Assembly: GCA_001938485.1 (NCBI GenBank)
Contig: MQRK01255124.1
Location: 1-64,000 of the forward strand
Source: Girardia tigrina
Lineage: Eukaryota
Reading direction: 5' to 3'
Length of the DNA stretch: 64,000 bases
In this document: positions 13,622 through 28,600 of the stretch, in pieces
Position numbering within the stretch: the first letter of the stretch is position 1
Layout of the letters: every line of letters begins with the position of its first letter
Notes under the pieces: generated by a model
Seen by the model: the letters and a program-made list of their open reading frames with translations, nothing else
Database searches by the model: none
What the model was told of the DNA's origin: nothing
Translations under genes and position numbers: made by a program

Positions 13622-16600
13622 CTGAAAATATTCATTTTAAATTTCGGAAGTAAATTAAATGAATTATTATAGTTATAATACTATATTAAATATAAGGATG
13701 TTCAGAAGTACAATTTAAAACCTGGTTCCCCAGCTATCTAACCATTTGAAAAGTTCAAATGTGAATCTTGTAAAAGTTAGCTGAATTTCCTCCGTTTTCG
13801 AAAAATTATTCTTAGCTAAATTTATGAAGCTAAAATTCCTCTAGCAGTGGTTTTTGACCATTTTTATGTCAACCCCAAAGTGCGACCCCAACTATGATGT
13901 AAAGTTTTATAACTACCGATAGAAATTAAATCAAATTTTTTACTTTTACATTATTTTCAAAACATATTTTTAATTATTTTAATGATGTTATTCATTGTTT
14001 TATTTAATTTAAAAATATCAAAATAATAATTATAAGGGGTTATTTAAATTTTGCATTTCGCCAAAATTGTTTATTATTTTTTAATTTGAAAATTTAAAAA
14101 AAGTAAAAATTAAAAATTAAATTGTAAAGTAAAATATCATAAAAATTAAAAATTTATATAAAATATGCGTGCAGTCATAAAAGTTGATATATTTTAATAA
14201 AAGTTATAAAATAAGTTTAAATAAATTTTAAAATTGATAATGAACGGATTAATATTTTAAGAAATAATTTTTTCATAAAAGGCCTATAGTAAATTTAAAT
14301 TAATTAGTCTTTATGATAAAGTTTCGTAAAAATGTTTGAATTATTTTAAAGTTTAGATTTCGTAAAATTTTCGTACAAAATATAAAAATTATTTTTATTA
14401 AGAACACCAACATGGCTTTTCAAACTTTTATTTTCATTACAATCAGAATTGTCTTTTGGACAACTCTCAGCGAAACTCTCGTCATTCGACATCGTTCTAA
14501 ATTGATAANNNNNNNNNNNNNNNNNNNNNNNNNNNNNNNNNNNNNNNNNNNNNNNNNNNNNNNNNNNNNNNNNNNNNNNNNNNNNNNNNNNNNNNNNNNN
14601 NNNNNNNNNNNNNNNNNNNNNNNNNNNNNNNNNNNNNNNNNNNNNNNNNNNNNNNNNNNNNNNNNNNNNNNNNNNNTTCAAAACTTAGTTAAAACTATTT
14701 ATTTTATTTAAATTTTAATATGAAGATTTGAAAAGATTTAATATTTTTAATGTTTTTAAATATCTTATGTTGTACTTTAAAATATAAATTAAAACAAAAA
14801 TTATATAAATTATACTCGAATAATTATTTATCGTGAACATCTAAAATATCAATTTTCCATCTGGGTGGGAGAAACACATTTCCAAATACTAAACTCAACA
14901 TACAAAATTCAACAAACCAATTTCAACATACCAAATTTAAAATATTCCTCACAATTTTAAAGTTTAAAATTTAGCAAATTTTCAAAATTTAATCGAAAAA
15001 ATTTAATAGATTAATTTTGGGCGAAATAATTGAAATAACAAGAAATTTGTTTAAATATGTATATTGTTGATATTAATAAATTTTGTGGTGTTAAATTATG
15101 ACTTCTGAATTTGTTAATAATGAAAGTGGTATAAACGCTACTTACAATAATAATATTTATTATTAACAAACATGTTTAACTAAACAAGAAAGAAAAGTTG
15201 TGACACACTGAAATTTCATGCTCAGCAAATCAATTTCATAGGTATTTTTAGTCAGCTTATTTCAGCTATTAATTTTTATTGTATTTATCGTAAATCGAAA
15301 CTTTCATACATGCTTGTTCGAGATACTTCAAAGTAGCAAAAATCTCAATAAATATTACAAAAAAGATATTGGTGATATGATTGTTATTTCAAGAGCTAGT
15401 ACCAATATACGAAAGCGTTTAAGTAGAATTTAAAAGTTATGAAACCCGCCTTTCAAAAGCTTTTTAAGTAAAAGTGCAATAATGGAAGATCTGGAAAAGG
15501 CTTTAAACTTTGAAAGATCTAAAATTCACTGGATGAATACTTTACCATGGCGAAGAAATCATTATCAAAATTGGCAAGACACAAGTGCACCGAGTAAGAA
15601 TTTGAAAGATGTCTTTTAATAACACAGTTAAAATTACAGTGATTTAAAGAATGAGATTCAATTCAGAGGTGTCCTAAGAAAAAGGTTGAACACAAACTAG
15701 TGTATAAAATTTATTAAATAAAATATTGATCGGGACTTGATAACCGATTTATCTTGGAAATCCTTGTTCTTTTATATTAAGGTAATATATTATAATATTA
15801 AATAATATAGCATGGGGTCAGTTATATATACAATTGCAAAATTTTATAATTATTAAATTAAAACTAGAAATTTTCGTAAAATTTTAGCCTAAAACTAATT
15901 AATTTATATTTACTATAAGCCTTTTATTTAAAAAAATTATTTCTTAAAATATTATAAAGTTTAATCCGTTTATTATGTATTTTCAAATTTTATTTAAAAT
16001 TATTTCATAGCTTTTATTAGAATATATCAATTGGTATGACTGTAAACATATTTTTATTTTTAAATAAGTATGTAATCTTTTATGATTTTCTTCATTTTAT
16101 CCTTTTTAATTATAAACTATTGGATTTATTTACTTTTTTTGAACTTTCAAATTTAAAAAGTAATAAATTATTTTGGTGAAATGCCAATTTAAATTAACTC
16201 CTTATAATTATTATTTTAATATATTTTAAAGTGAATAAAACGATGAATAGCATCATTAAAATAATTAAACATATGTTTTGAAAATAATTTAATGCGGTTC
16301 CTAGGAATAATGGATCATTTTATTAAATACATCAGTGCGAAGACAATCAAGACACAGGACGAGGAAACAAAAGTATCAACTATACTCTAGAAATCAATAT
16401 TAAAGTTTGGAGCACCAAAAGGAATTCACTCTTGATTGAGGAAAGAGTTTTGAAGCAAAGAAAATCATGGAAATTAGGATTTGGCACGCCAGTAGGATGG
16501 TGTTATCAATTGATTATCGCTCGAATTTGTCGTTAATTTGGCTTCATAGATCACGACCATCGTTATTAAACCATATAATCTTTATCTAATGGAATTCATA

Positions 16601-19600
16601 ATGAATCTGACCCATCATTTAATTGTTTCTTTTACAGTTTCTCAATAACAAAATAAAAATTATGGATAATCTTTCTTCTATGTATAAAGTAGAAAGATTG
16701 TCTTTTCACTATGCCTGTTTGTATCGTACATCTAGATTTAACCAAGATGTTCACAAATATTCTCTTCGTTGAGAAGAAAACCATGAGCAACTTTTTTTCC
16801 AAAAATTAATGTACCACCGGAAAAATCTCCGAATTCCACATTCCACCAATCTAATTGCAGTCTTTTTATACATGTTGAAAAACTACTTTTCTATCATTTT
16901 GGATATAACAGAAAAAAATAAATGGTGAATGTGAATTTAACTTGAGTTAACCTTAAAATACAATATTTTATTTATTGCAGTATATTGCGATAAAATCTTT
17001 TGTGTGTGAATAATCTATCACACACAGAAGAAGGAAGTAGCAAGTAGTGAGCTAAATTTAATGACTTAAAGACTCAAGATCTATTGCAGGGATGGCCAAA
17101 CATTTCTCGACGGAGCCGCAAATCAAAAATATCAGGTTTTTCAGAGCTGCAATAAGAAAAATGTGGTAAAATATTATATAATATTTTAAAGTAAATATAA
17201 ATCCAAGATTTTAAAAATTGTGTTTACATTACAAATGAATTGTTTTTAATATATATTTTTAATCGACAGATACGTTTTTTGTACGTTTATTTATTAATTA
17301 AAAATCTATGAAAATCCGTTTCATAGGTTGTTAGTACTGTACGAATAGGTTCAGTTAAATGTTCATTAGTCAGTTAAGAACGATGTTTTGATTTGATAAA
17401 ATTTTTTGTTGAATACAAAGATTTACAGGAGTACATTGTACCGAAAATTGAAATCAATTTACATGCAATTTTTAAATTAGGATACTTCGAATCCGGTACG
17501 ATTTTCCAAAATTCTTTTGTGAATTCAGATGATTTATGGTACAGAAACATATCGAACAAATAACGCCAATTGTGGAATATCTTGAATATCCGTAGATTCG
17601 TCAAGAGCTAAACTGCATGCAACATTGCCTTTTACACTTCTTATCAAAACTCTAGACAATCCTTACTGATTTCAGTAATACCTCGCTCAGTTGTATAACG
17701 TGGAATTGGAATTTGCGAAATTACTTGAAGTAGTTTGCTATTTATGGAATCTAAAATCCTTATAACTTCTTAAAATTCTTCTTAATATAATCGTCTTCTG
17801 TATATGGACTTTTAGCTAGATCAATATTCCACGATATTGGAAAGCCAGCTTCGACCACAGACCTATTTTCGTTAACAAAATGCGAGATTAAATGTTTTTG
17901 AGCATAGACTTTAAGGAATTTATTCGACATGTTCTTAAATAAGAATTATGCGGATATTCGACAATAAAGTTAGCACAGTTTTGATCATGGTATCACGTTA
18001 GATTACATGTTTTGTATTGACCAAGTGATCACTGCAAATAGTACACAGTGGTTTTCTATTTCTATCGATAAATACAAAAGTTTCTTTCTATTCTGGTTTA
18101 AAACTTCGATTTTCATCTTCTCATCTTCTTTTCTTGTAATTCGCCATCTTAATAAAACAATTTTTAAAACTTTTGAAGAGAAATAATTGTGGAATAATAG
18201 TTGTTTAAATATTCAGGAAACAATGGGTGAAATTTGAATCGAATAATTATTTGCTTATTGACAAGCTAGTACCGGATTCGAAGTATCCTAATTTAAAAAT
18301 CGCATGTAAATTGATTTCAATTTTCGGTACAATGTACTCCTGTAAATCTTTGTATTCAACAAAAAATTTTATCAAATCAAAACATCGTTCTTAACTGACT
18401 AATGAACATTTAACTGAACCTATTCGTACACTACTTATTTCGGATGAATGCGTTTAAGATTGTATGGGCGTGATAACGTCTCGATATGGATCAAGCGATA
18501 CCGCGAGTGTGCGGATACCCTCTATTAGGTTCGTGATTAAAATTGGAAGTCATAATTTTGTAAACTTTATTTCTATTACAATTTTCATTATTGAAACAAA
18601 TTTATAAGGAACAATATTTCAATTACATAATCCAGATCTCAAAATTCTAAATATAAATAATAATATCGATAAATATATAAATATGTTATTGTATTCAATT
18701 TTGCATAAATTTAGATTTTTAAAAATATTTTAAAAATTCAATTCCTAAATATCTTTCTTTGATTTTAAATCATTTGATTATAAATTATTTCTTTTTAATA
18801 AAAACCTTTTATTTGTTTTTAATAAAATTGCAAAAATAATTTACAAATTTAAAATGCAATTCACAAATTTGAAATACAAAAATATTTAGTAATATTTAAA
18901 TTTATTATTATTTAATATATATATATATATACAATATTTCATAATATTATTTAATTATAAAATTTTTAATATATATATNNNNNNNNNNNNNNNNNNNNNN
19001 NNNNNNNNNNNNNNNNNNNNNNNNNNNNNNNNNNNNNNNNNNNNNNNNNNNNNNNNNNNNNNNNNNNNNNNNNNNNNNNNNNNNNNNNNNNNNNNNNNNN
19101 NNNNNNNNNNNNNNNNNNNNNNNNNNNNNNNNNNNNNNNNNNNNNNNNNNNNNNNNNNNNTATATACTTTATCAATTATTTATCGAATTTTAATTTGCAG
19201 AATTTCCAACTGCCTTTAACTTCAAATTATCTTTTTTTATTATATCTCTGACAACAAAAATTTCAACAAAAAAATTCTTCCTATAAATCTTAAAATAAAT
19301 GCAAAACAATTAAAATTCAATTATTTATGAAATTAACTTTTTAAAATTAATTAAGATATTTTTTACTTATAACTGTTTAAAAACTTTTGATTTTAAATAT
19401 TTTCTTATTTCAGAGATTATTTATAACAATTAATTATTTTTAAAATTTAAAGAATGAGCCTGTTCTTTTTTTAGAGTTTAAAAAAAATTTATTTTCAAAA
19501 ATTATTTCATTTTAATTAATCGAACATTATTTTTAATTTATTTAAAATATAAATATAATTTTTAAAAATATCAAAAATTTAAAGTTCACCAAAAGGAACC

Positions 19601-22600
19601 CCAACAACCTCAAAGAAAGTAAATTGGTGATGCTGCCGCTGGCATTGACAGGCGAGGCGTCAGTGGTGTTCCTAAAACTCAGTGAGGTAACTTGGCAAGA
19701 CTTTGAAAAGAGCACAGCCGCGGTAACAGAAGCATTCGCTGCCAGCACGAGGCTGTCATGGGCGAGGTTTGCCTCACGACGATTGGTGCCCGGTGAGAGC
19801 ATGGACATGTTCATAGCCGATTTGAAGCGGTCGGCGGCCATGATCTGTTGCAACGGAGGCAACTGGGATGCTTTCGTGGCTCATACCTTCCTAAATGGGC
19901 TGTCCGAGGAAGTGATGAGGAGTATTGACGCTGAGGCACTGGGGAAAGCTCCAGATTTAAAAACGCTGGTTCTGTTGGCTTTATTTGGTTCCATCGACCC
20001 ACGAGAGAGATGGCGGTCGCCACGCGACTTGCAGACTGCCCAGCACTGTCATCATCATCGGATACAGGAGGGCTGAAATGTTATTACTGTGGTGGAAGAG
20101 GGCATTTTACGCGCGAATGCGCAACCGGGAAGCAGCGCACCCTAAAGACAACCGATCGAACCTCGAACCGAGAGTTGCGGAGAGAGAGTATATGTTTTAG
20201 CAAAGACCGAGGTGACCGCATTGCAAGGAGATGCCCGCACCGCAAAATTGACTCTGCGAGAAACCAATACCCGGTCCCCGCTATTGCGTGGTTGGGGAGC
20301 ACGGCTGCGGTGACGCGCGGTTAAAATTCATTCCGGTGAACGAGTGCGGAAGGACTCTGAGCGCATTGATCGACACAGGATGTTCAACATCAATCGTCGC
20401 GATTGCATTAGTCCCGTCGGCAAAGTTGGTCCGAGTAGATGAACTGGTACGGATGATGGAGGACTCTGTGGGTGACGTGCAGTTTAGGGCAACCCTGACG
20501 ATCGAGTATACGGGTAAGTGGATCGAAAGACATTTTTTAGTGGTGCCGGAAGTTGTTGGGTCGAAAACTGGGGTCCTCCTTGGTATGAACGTGATCAGTT
20601 AACTCGGGGTGTGTGAGTTCCAGGCACTCCAACGTTCGGACGGAACGAGCACCGGGCTACCGTAGGCAAAGCGAAGCAACCGGCACGCATACGAATTGAT
20701 GATGTTGATTGAGACGCCGGCTGCCGGATCGAGTGGTGGCGGCAAGCATATCTTAGTTGAGCGGGAAATTGTCGCTGGCGGACGTGATCGGTCGGTTTCA
20801 TACGCGGGCGCGCGCCGGCTCTCCAAAGTGTGTTGGTCCTGTCGGTGGTCCACTCAATGTGTCCAAGTGGGTTGTCCGGTTGCCGATTCGCTGAACAATG
20901 CGATGGCAGCTCTGGGCCGCTCGATTTCATTCGATTACAATTTTAAAAATGAAAAAGAAAAGTAAGAAATCGGATATTTTTGAAGAATTTATTTTCACCA
21001 TCATTTCACCACATTTGAATTTTTCTCACGTTTAATTATTTTGTTTAATTTAATTAAACAAAAGTCAGTTTTAGCAAGATTATTTTTTTGTTTGATATCG
21101 ATTAACAAATCACTACACTGATTTTTCGGAAGGAAGTGGAAGAGCGGTGAGGCGCCATCAAATTCACTCGGGGAGCAGCCGCATACACCCTGGTCAGACA
21201 GTACGAGAAAGAGGTGAGGCAGGAGCTAGCAAAATGGAAAAAGAACGGGTGGCTCATTCTATTCGAAGGGAAGGCAAAGACGGTTCAGACGGCCAAGGGG
21301 AAGGTGCGGCCGGTGCTGGACTACCGGGTGCTGAATGATTTTGTATCCAGCCACACCGCAGAGAGTCTTGTTTGCGCAGAAAACCTGCGAAAATGGAGGA
21401 AGATAGGGACGTCTCTCGACATTATCGACTTGAGGTGGGCATATTTCCAGATCAAGGTGGACTGGAGTCTATGGCCCTATCAAGTCATTCACTACGAGCG
21501 TAAGGCGTGGTATTTGACTCGATTGGATTTTGGGCTAAAAGCGGCGCAAAAATTATGAGGCGCATCATGGACTACGTACTTGGATACGACCCATATGTTG
21601 CTGAGGCTGCGGACGTGTACTATGACGATGTCATGGTCGACACTAGCAAAGTGTCCGCTGAACGTGTGGTCACTGTGTTCGATAGTTTCGCACTCGAAAA
21701 AAAGCTACCAGTAGAAATTAATGGAGACAGAGTGCTCGGACTCGTGGAACGAGAGACAGAGGGTGAACTGCGCTGGAACCGAGATGACCAGGTACCGGAG
21801 TTGCCGGATCGTCTGACGAGACGGAAACTGTTTTCATGAGTTGGTCAGTTGGTGGGCCACTTCCCGGCTGGTGGCTGGTTGAGGCCAGCATTTAGTGTTT
21901 TGAAAAGGATTGCCTGTCGCGGGGGATGGGACGATGCCTTGGAACCGTGAGTGGTAGACGTTGCAGAGAAGCTCGCAGGGCGACTGAAGAGTGAAGACTT
22001 TGAGAGCGGCAGGCGGTAGGTAATCGACTACAGTCAAGGTCGTGTATGGTGTAACACAAGCTCGATCGCAACCGATATTTCTGCAGAAATAGGGGGAGTG
22101 GTGGTTGAAGATGCGTCCGGGCTGTGCAAGGAGAACGATGCTGTGCACATCAGCCTGGCAGAACTCGAAGCGGCCAACGAGACAATAAAGGCAGCGGTTG
22201 CGTTGGGATTGAAAGATGTCGAAATTACAACCGACTCTGCCATTGTGTTACGGTGGTTGACAAACGTAAAAAGGGGTGTTGGAGCAGTTAGATCCAGCGG
22301 GGTGAGTGAGCTGCTCGTAAAGCGGCGCATCTGAACAATCAAGTAGACAATCGAAGATGAGCATCCGCAGGTGAAGTGGAAACTAATCGGTTCAGCAGAG
22401 AATCGGGTAGATTGCCTAACTCGTGTGCCCAGTGATTGACTAATAGCAGCAAAGGAGCAACTGGACGTTGCGCAGTAACGATTGAGGAGAGAGGGAGCCG
22501 AGAGACAGTTTAAAAATGCTACACGAAATCCACCATTTCTGGGTGAGACGGATGTCATTCCGGGCGAGAAAATTGTAGGGCCCAGGCGTGTGACAGACAG

Positions 22601-25600
22601 ACAAGTGTAGGCCGTGGTAAAATGATGCCTTCAATGCACTTTAATTGACCCGTCACTGGTAAAGTGGGAAAAGGGCGAGCTTGGCGTCAAAGAAACATGG
22701 CAGCGACTTGCCATAGATGTGACACATACATCTGAGAGAAAATATATGACGCTGGTCGATTGTGAGCCGCGGAGGTACTCGGTTTGGAGGAAGATTCCTT
22801 CAGAATGTGACAATGATTTATATGCAGCTCTGAAAGTGGTGTTCAATGAGTTTGGTCCTCCACCAGAGCCTTTACTTAATAACTTCACAACGGACCGCGG
22901 AACAGCAATCCGGAAACTACTGTCGGAAATGGGAGTCGAGATGCAGTTTCGGTGCGCAAATCGGCCCAGCAGAAGTGGAATTGTTGAACGCTGTCATCGA
23001 ACCATCAAACGCATGCTGGCACGGAGTGGTAAGCCAATCAATGACATGGTAGCGTGGTACAACGCCACTCGGAATGCGGTGGGCGTGATTTCGGCGTCCA
23101 TAGTGTTTGCACAATGGCGACGACTGCCGCTACCGATCAATTTCACTGACGAGCTAGCAAGGGACAGCGGAGTTTGACAGATGAAGGAACTACGAGTAGA
23201 AGACACCGTGTTCGTAAAACCGGCGAATGTAACTTGCACGACTCAGTGGAAACGAGCAGTTGTGAGCGGATTGGCCAAACCCCATCAAATTGAGATCAAC
23301 GGGATTCCATTCCACGTGTCACATGTCAGACGCGTACCGATCCGAAAGCAACCACAAGGGTGACGAACGCAGACAACTGCAATGACAGCTCTGATGGTGA
23401 AGACGAGCAGCCGTGGGACAGAGTGACAGATGACTCCGAAGGTATCAAGTCACAGACCGACGAGGTGAGTTAGTCTTTCAATCAATCGCCTTTAAATGTT
23501 AGCATATAAATTTACTAATATTAAATCAATTTTTTTAATAATTTCTTTCTTTTGATCCATAATATATTTAATATTTAGTTCATTAATCTATTAATCTTTA
23601 TATGATATATAAGAGTTTTATTTTTCAGTACTAAAATAACATGATATCCTCATTTTCTTCAACAGCCGCATTAAAAAGTTAGAAGAGCCGCAGTTTGGCC
23701 AAGTCTGATCTATTGTTTAGTAGCTGACATAGAAATAAAAATATTTTTAATGTGTTCGAATTTGCATTTAATTTTTAGATTTTGATTAAAATACATGTCA
23801 ATACATTTTTTTGTTAACTCATCTACTAGTTATTGCCAAAGAATGAATATGAAAATTAATTCTGTTTTTTGATGACTAATGCATTTACGTCTATGTCAGG
23901 GATGTCCAACCTTTTAATTTAATGGGCCGCATTGCAAACTTAAATATTTCACTCGGCCACAAAATTACCAGAATAAGTTAAGCCTAGCAAGGAAATGATC
24001 TCAAATTTTGGAGATTTTCTGGGGGAGAGGAGGTTCTTTGTTTCTGAATGTTGCAACCTTTTTTTTCCATGGCCGCGAAGCTCATAGGTCATAAAAAACA
24101 TTTAATTTAATTAACCAATATTTATTCAATCAGACTTTTGACTTTGTCTTCCAGCCATAATGTTTTCAATATTTGCATCGAAGGATGCATTCTTAATTCT
24201 AAGAATGTTTGCTTTAGGTATGTCAGTCAACCTATTTCTATCTGCAGTTTTAATGTTTTTCATGCTTGAAAAAAAACTGCTCACAAGAGTATGTTATTCC
24301 CCACATGCATAATAATTTTCTGGATAAATTTAGAATTTGATTGAATTAGGTTTTGAGGGAATACAATTTCTTATAAAATAAAGGAAGTGTGTTCTCCCTA
24401 TGGAAAGTTTTTAAACCTTCCTGACTTTGCAGCTCAATCAGTTCAAATTGTTACTCCACTGGTGCTTTATCATATTCAAATGAAAATGGATCATTAAACA
24501 ATTTTAACTCATTTTCAATCTTTCTAAAGTCTGAAAATCTAATTGTAAACTCTCCAAGCAAATCTTCACATAATTTAGTATATTTTTCATAGTTTAAAGA
24601 AAACTTTTTCTCTCTTTCAGATGGACTACGAAAGTATACAATTTTCCCGCTTTTAGATGTGCTATAAAAATATTCAATTTCCTTGTGAAACTAATTATCC
24701 ACTCAAACATTGAGGAACATAACTGGTCCTTTCCTTGTAAATGTAAATTAAGTTAAGCTAATACTTCGGTGATGTCTACAAAGAAAGGTAAACCATTCAA
24801 CCATTCTTCATTTTCTAAAAAATCCACATTTTGCTTCTTTTCTTCCAAGAACACTATTATTTCAGGTAACAATAACTGAAATTTTTTAAGGTTGCTGCTT
24901 TACTGAGCAATCTAACTTTTAAGAAATATACTACGTCTTCATATTCACTGCCAACCTCGTCCAAAAATGCTTTAAATTCGCGTTGATTGAAACCCAGTGA
25001 TCTGATGAAATTAACAGTCTTGACAGGATCAATCATCAAATGTTTTATATTTAGCTTTTGAGCACATAATTGTTGTTGATCAATCAAGCAATGGTAACTG
25101 AGAATCTCTTGATCAACAGACTCTTTGAATAAAGTAATAAAGCCATTGTGTTTACCAGTAAGTGCGGGTAATTGAATAAATGTTTTTCCTATCAATATTG
25201 AATTTATCTAATGACATATTAACAAACTCATATATGTCCTTGCCTGTTGTTGTGCCTTTCATATGACACAAGTGCAACATTTCTTGAATGATATTGAAAT
25301 TTATATCAATTCCTCCAATGAAAATAACTAATTGTGCAGTATCAATTTGGTCAGTACTTTCATCCAACGCTAAACTGTGAAGAACGCATGCAGATAATTT
25401 GTCCTGCAGTGTGCGTTCAATATTATCACCCAAGTCATCGATTCTTCTAGCGATTGTATGATGTGATTGATCATGTTTCCTTTACTAAATTCACCTTGTA
25501 TGGACAGTACTCATTAAAAGCAATAACAATGCATTCCTTTATTAATTCTCCATCCTTTCTTAGCTAATTTCTCAGCTTTAAGGTAACTTACTTTTGTATA

Positions 25601-28600
25601 TGTTCCAGTTTGGACAACATGTTTTTGAAGACTAGCTTGTTTTGACCTAATTGCCTTTTTCAATTCTCTAATTTTCGTTTTTCTTCTTTCTTCATTAAAC
25701 GTCTGATATTCTGACTCTTTTTTTCGAAGCATAATGACGTTTGATATTGTATTCTTTGCATACGCTAATCTTATCATTACATATAAGATATATTATATTG
25801 CCAAGTAACTAGGACACAAAATATTTTACTGTCCATTGGATATTAAATTTCCTCTTTTCTTCTGGTATCTTCCTCTTTTTAGTAATAGATTCCATGGCAA
25901 TATTAATATTAAATTTTCAATACTTAGGATTATAGTTCTCTGAAAAATAAATTAAGCATTAATAAGTATACGAAGTCGTAGTTTACTGAAAATGTATTTA
26001 TTTCAACAACAAAGAAAATTTAAAAACGTCTAAAAAATTAAAACAATATATTGACTTATATCAAATATTGATTTATATCAATAATATTGAAGTTTAATCG
26101 GTGGATTGCAGGATCGTATGCGATTGTAATAATATATGATTTTATAATAGGTTATGTTTATGTTTACATTCTCAGATGTCAGCTGAACGTCGCTTCGCGT
26201 TCACAAGTAGTTCAATTAGCTTTGCAGCGCCTGCGCAGAAACGACTTTGAACGGCTGTCAGAAGGGATCAATTCAAGATAGCGTACACTGGTCGTTAGTA
26301 AAGGTTAAGCACAAATAAATACACACGGGCGCAGAGGAGTAAGTAGCTCCAAAAGGAGTCGATAGTGAGCCGCATCCAAACATAGAGTGCGCAGTAAATC
26401 AGTCCGCGGGTCGCAGGTTGGACATCCCTGGTCTATGTAGTGACGAAAATTTATATCAATATTTACAAATATACTCATATATTAAATTCACATATTCTTA
26501 TTTAAAACAAAAATTTTTCAATACTAATAGTTCCCAATATTCCAATGAAAATCAAAAAATAACAATGATAAAAAATTAATTATGATATTTAAGGAGAACT
26601 AGACAATTTGTTTTATCGAAATATTTATTTGTAATTGAGACAAAATAATTCGATAAAATAAATTGTCTAGTTCGCCTTACATATTACTTTTATTATCATT
26701 GTTATTTTTCTGTTTTAAGGGAATATTATGAACTTTTTGTTATGACTAAGAATGTATGAATTTAATATATAATTATATTTGTAAATATTGATATGATTTT
26801 CGGTCACTGCAGTTAGATTTATATATAAAATCTGAATACTTTGCATATGTCTCTGGCCAGGGCGATAAAGGATTATCAATATCCCTTGTATTGTCCCAGA
26901 CTGCTGTGGTGTCATTTACAGACATCCGTCTACTTTGAATTACAGATATCACAATTGTAATAATAGTACTAACACCCATGGAAAGACAATTTCCTAAAAG
27001 CATTACCTGATCTCTTCCTGTAAAATATTTATACTTAATTCACGTCATTTATATTATTACCAGTATTTTCCATAAATGAAAGTAAGCCACCAGGAAAAAG
27101 AGCCGCATAGACTAACCATGCTGCAATTGCGCTTGTTGTTCCTAAAATAGATCCAACCATAGCTGCAAATCCGGTAAGTTTTGACCAAAACATTGTCAAA
27201 GACACTGGAACCACTGCCGAACCAATCAAGACTCCCATAAAGTTATATAGCCAACCTAAATTTATCTGTTTTTAAGTTATAAAATAAAAGAAACTGTTTT
27301 AGTTTCAACCTGCATCAGATCTACAAGAATTGTCATTGGTACTATAGCAATTACTATAATTACAACACACCAGTTTTTTTTCTGATTTAAGTGGTCTAGA
27401 AAATCCCGATATTGTCCATGAACACGACAAGAATGAGGCTGACGAACAGTTCTTCGAACACTTCGAGTTCTTTATGTTTAAAACCATTATCAGAAGTACT
27501 GTACGTGTAAAATGTACCTATCATCTTCAATACAGCTGTCACAAAAAGTCATACTCTCACAAATGCATTTATCTCTGGGATTCGCCATTCTTCCTCTCAT
27601 TTTCCCACACAGCAAACATGTATTAGCATCAAACGTTTTTCTATATGGCTATAAAGTTAATTAATAGATTTAAATAAACACTTTTCCAACACAAACTTTC
27701 ACATAAATTGCGTAAATATCGTAAATAAGAATTGAAGTCACTGCCATCACTTCACATGAAGCAGTGGAAGTTACAGCTAATATGATGATCATGATGACTA
27801 ACATTTGCCCACCAAAACCCATAAGTAAATTTGCAACAGTTGGAGGCACCAAACCTGAAATAATAATATTATAAATTGGAAATAAATTTCAATAAAACTG
27901 GAATAATATAAATAAAATTGAATCAATTAAAAGACATTTTAGTTACCCTAATTTACTGTGGATAACCTGCGGGTAATACGGTGGGAAAAGACGACTTTCC
28001 AAAAATTTATGGGTGCGGGTTATACATAGGTGAAACATACAAGGTGATTTAATTTTAAAAAGAAGCTTAATGATCAAAAATTGAGGTGCAGGTTAAAATG
28101 TATAAAAACATTTCAAATACATTCCAGAATCGTGCATATTGATAAATTGTTGTCTGTTGATTAAAATTTTTCTTTAAAATCAGAACAAAACATTTAAATT
28201 GATTCCAAATAGAATTTCATCAACAGCACAATATTCCACATTTGCATGTAGAAGTATGCATAATAATGAGAGAAAATAACAAAATCATTTCAAACATTTC
28301 TCTCATTATACACGGGGCGGTATTTTTTCAGTAAATTAGGATAATTAATTTCGATTGATCAACCGTCATTATCAGAAGAAATGAAAATTAAAACGAAAGT
28401 TGCTTGTGTTGGGCTTTTATTATCTTTTTTATGTATTATTTCTTTGTTATTATAAACTCAACACATTATTTTGATACGAACATAATCTACCTTTCCTCTT
28501 CTAACACAGGCAAATGGTTCATACCGTACCCAATTAGGTTCATCTGGCCCAATGATTTACCAGTGAACAAAATCAAATGCCTCCCGGGTTCCTCGTATAC

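Noticed and set aside
14346-19175. ORFs spanning N runs
   Set aside because: Artefacts of assembly gaps at 14509-14676 and 18979-19160.
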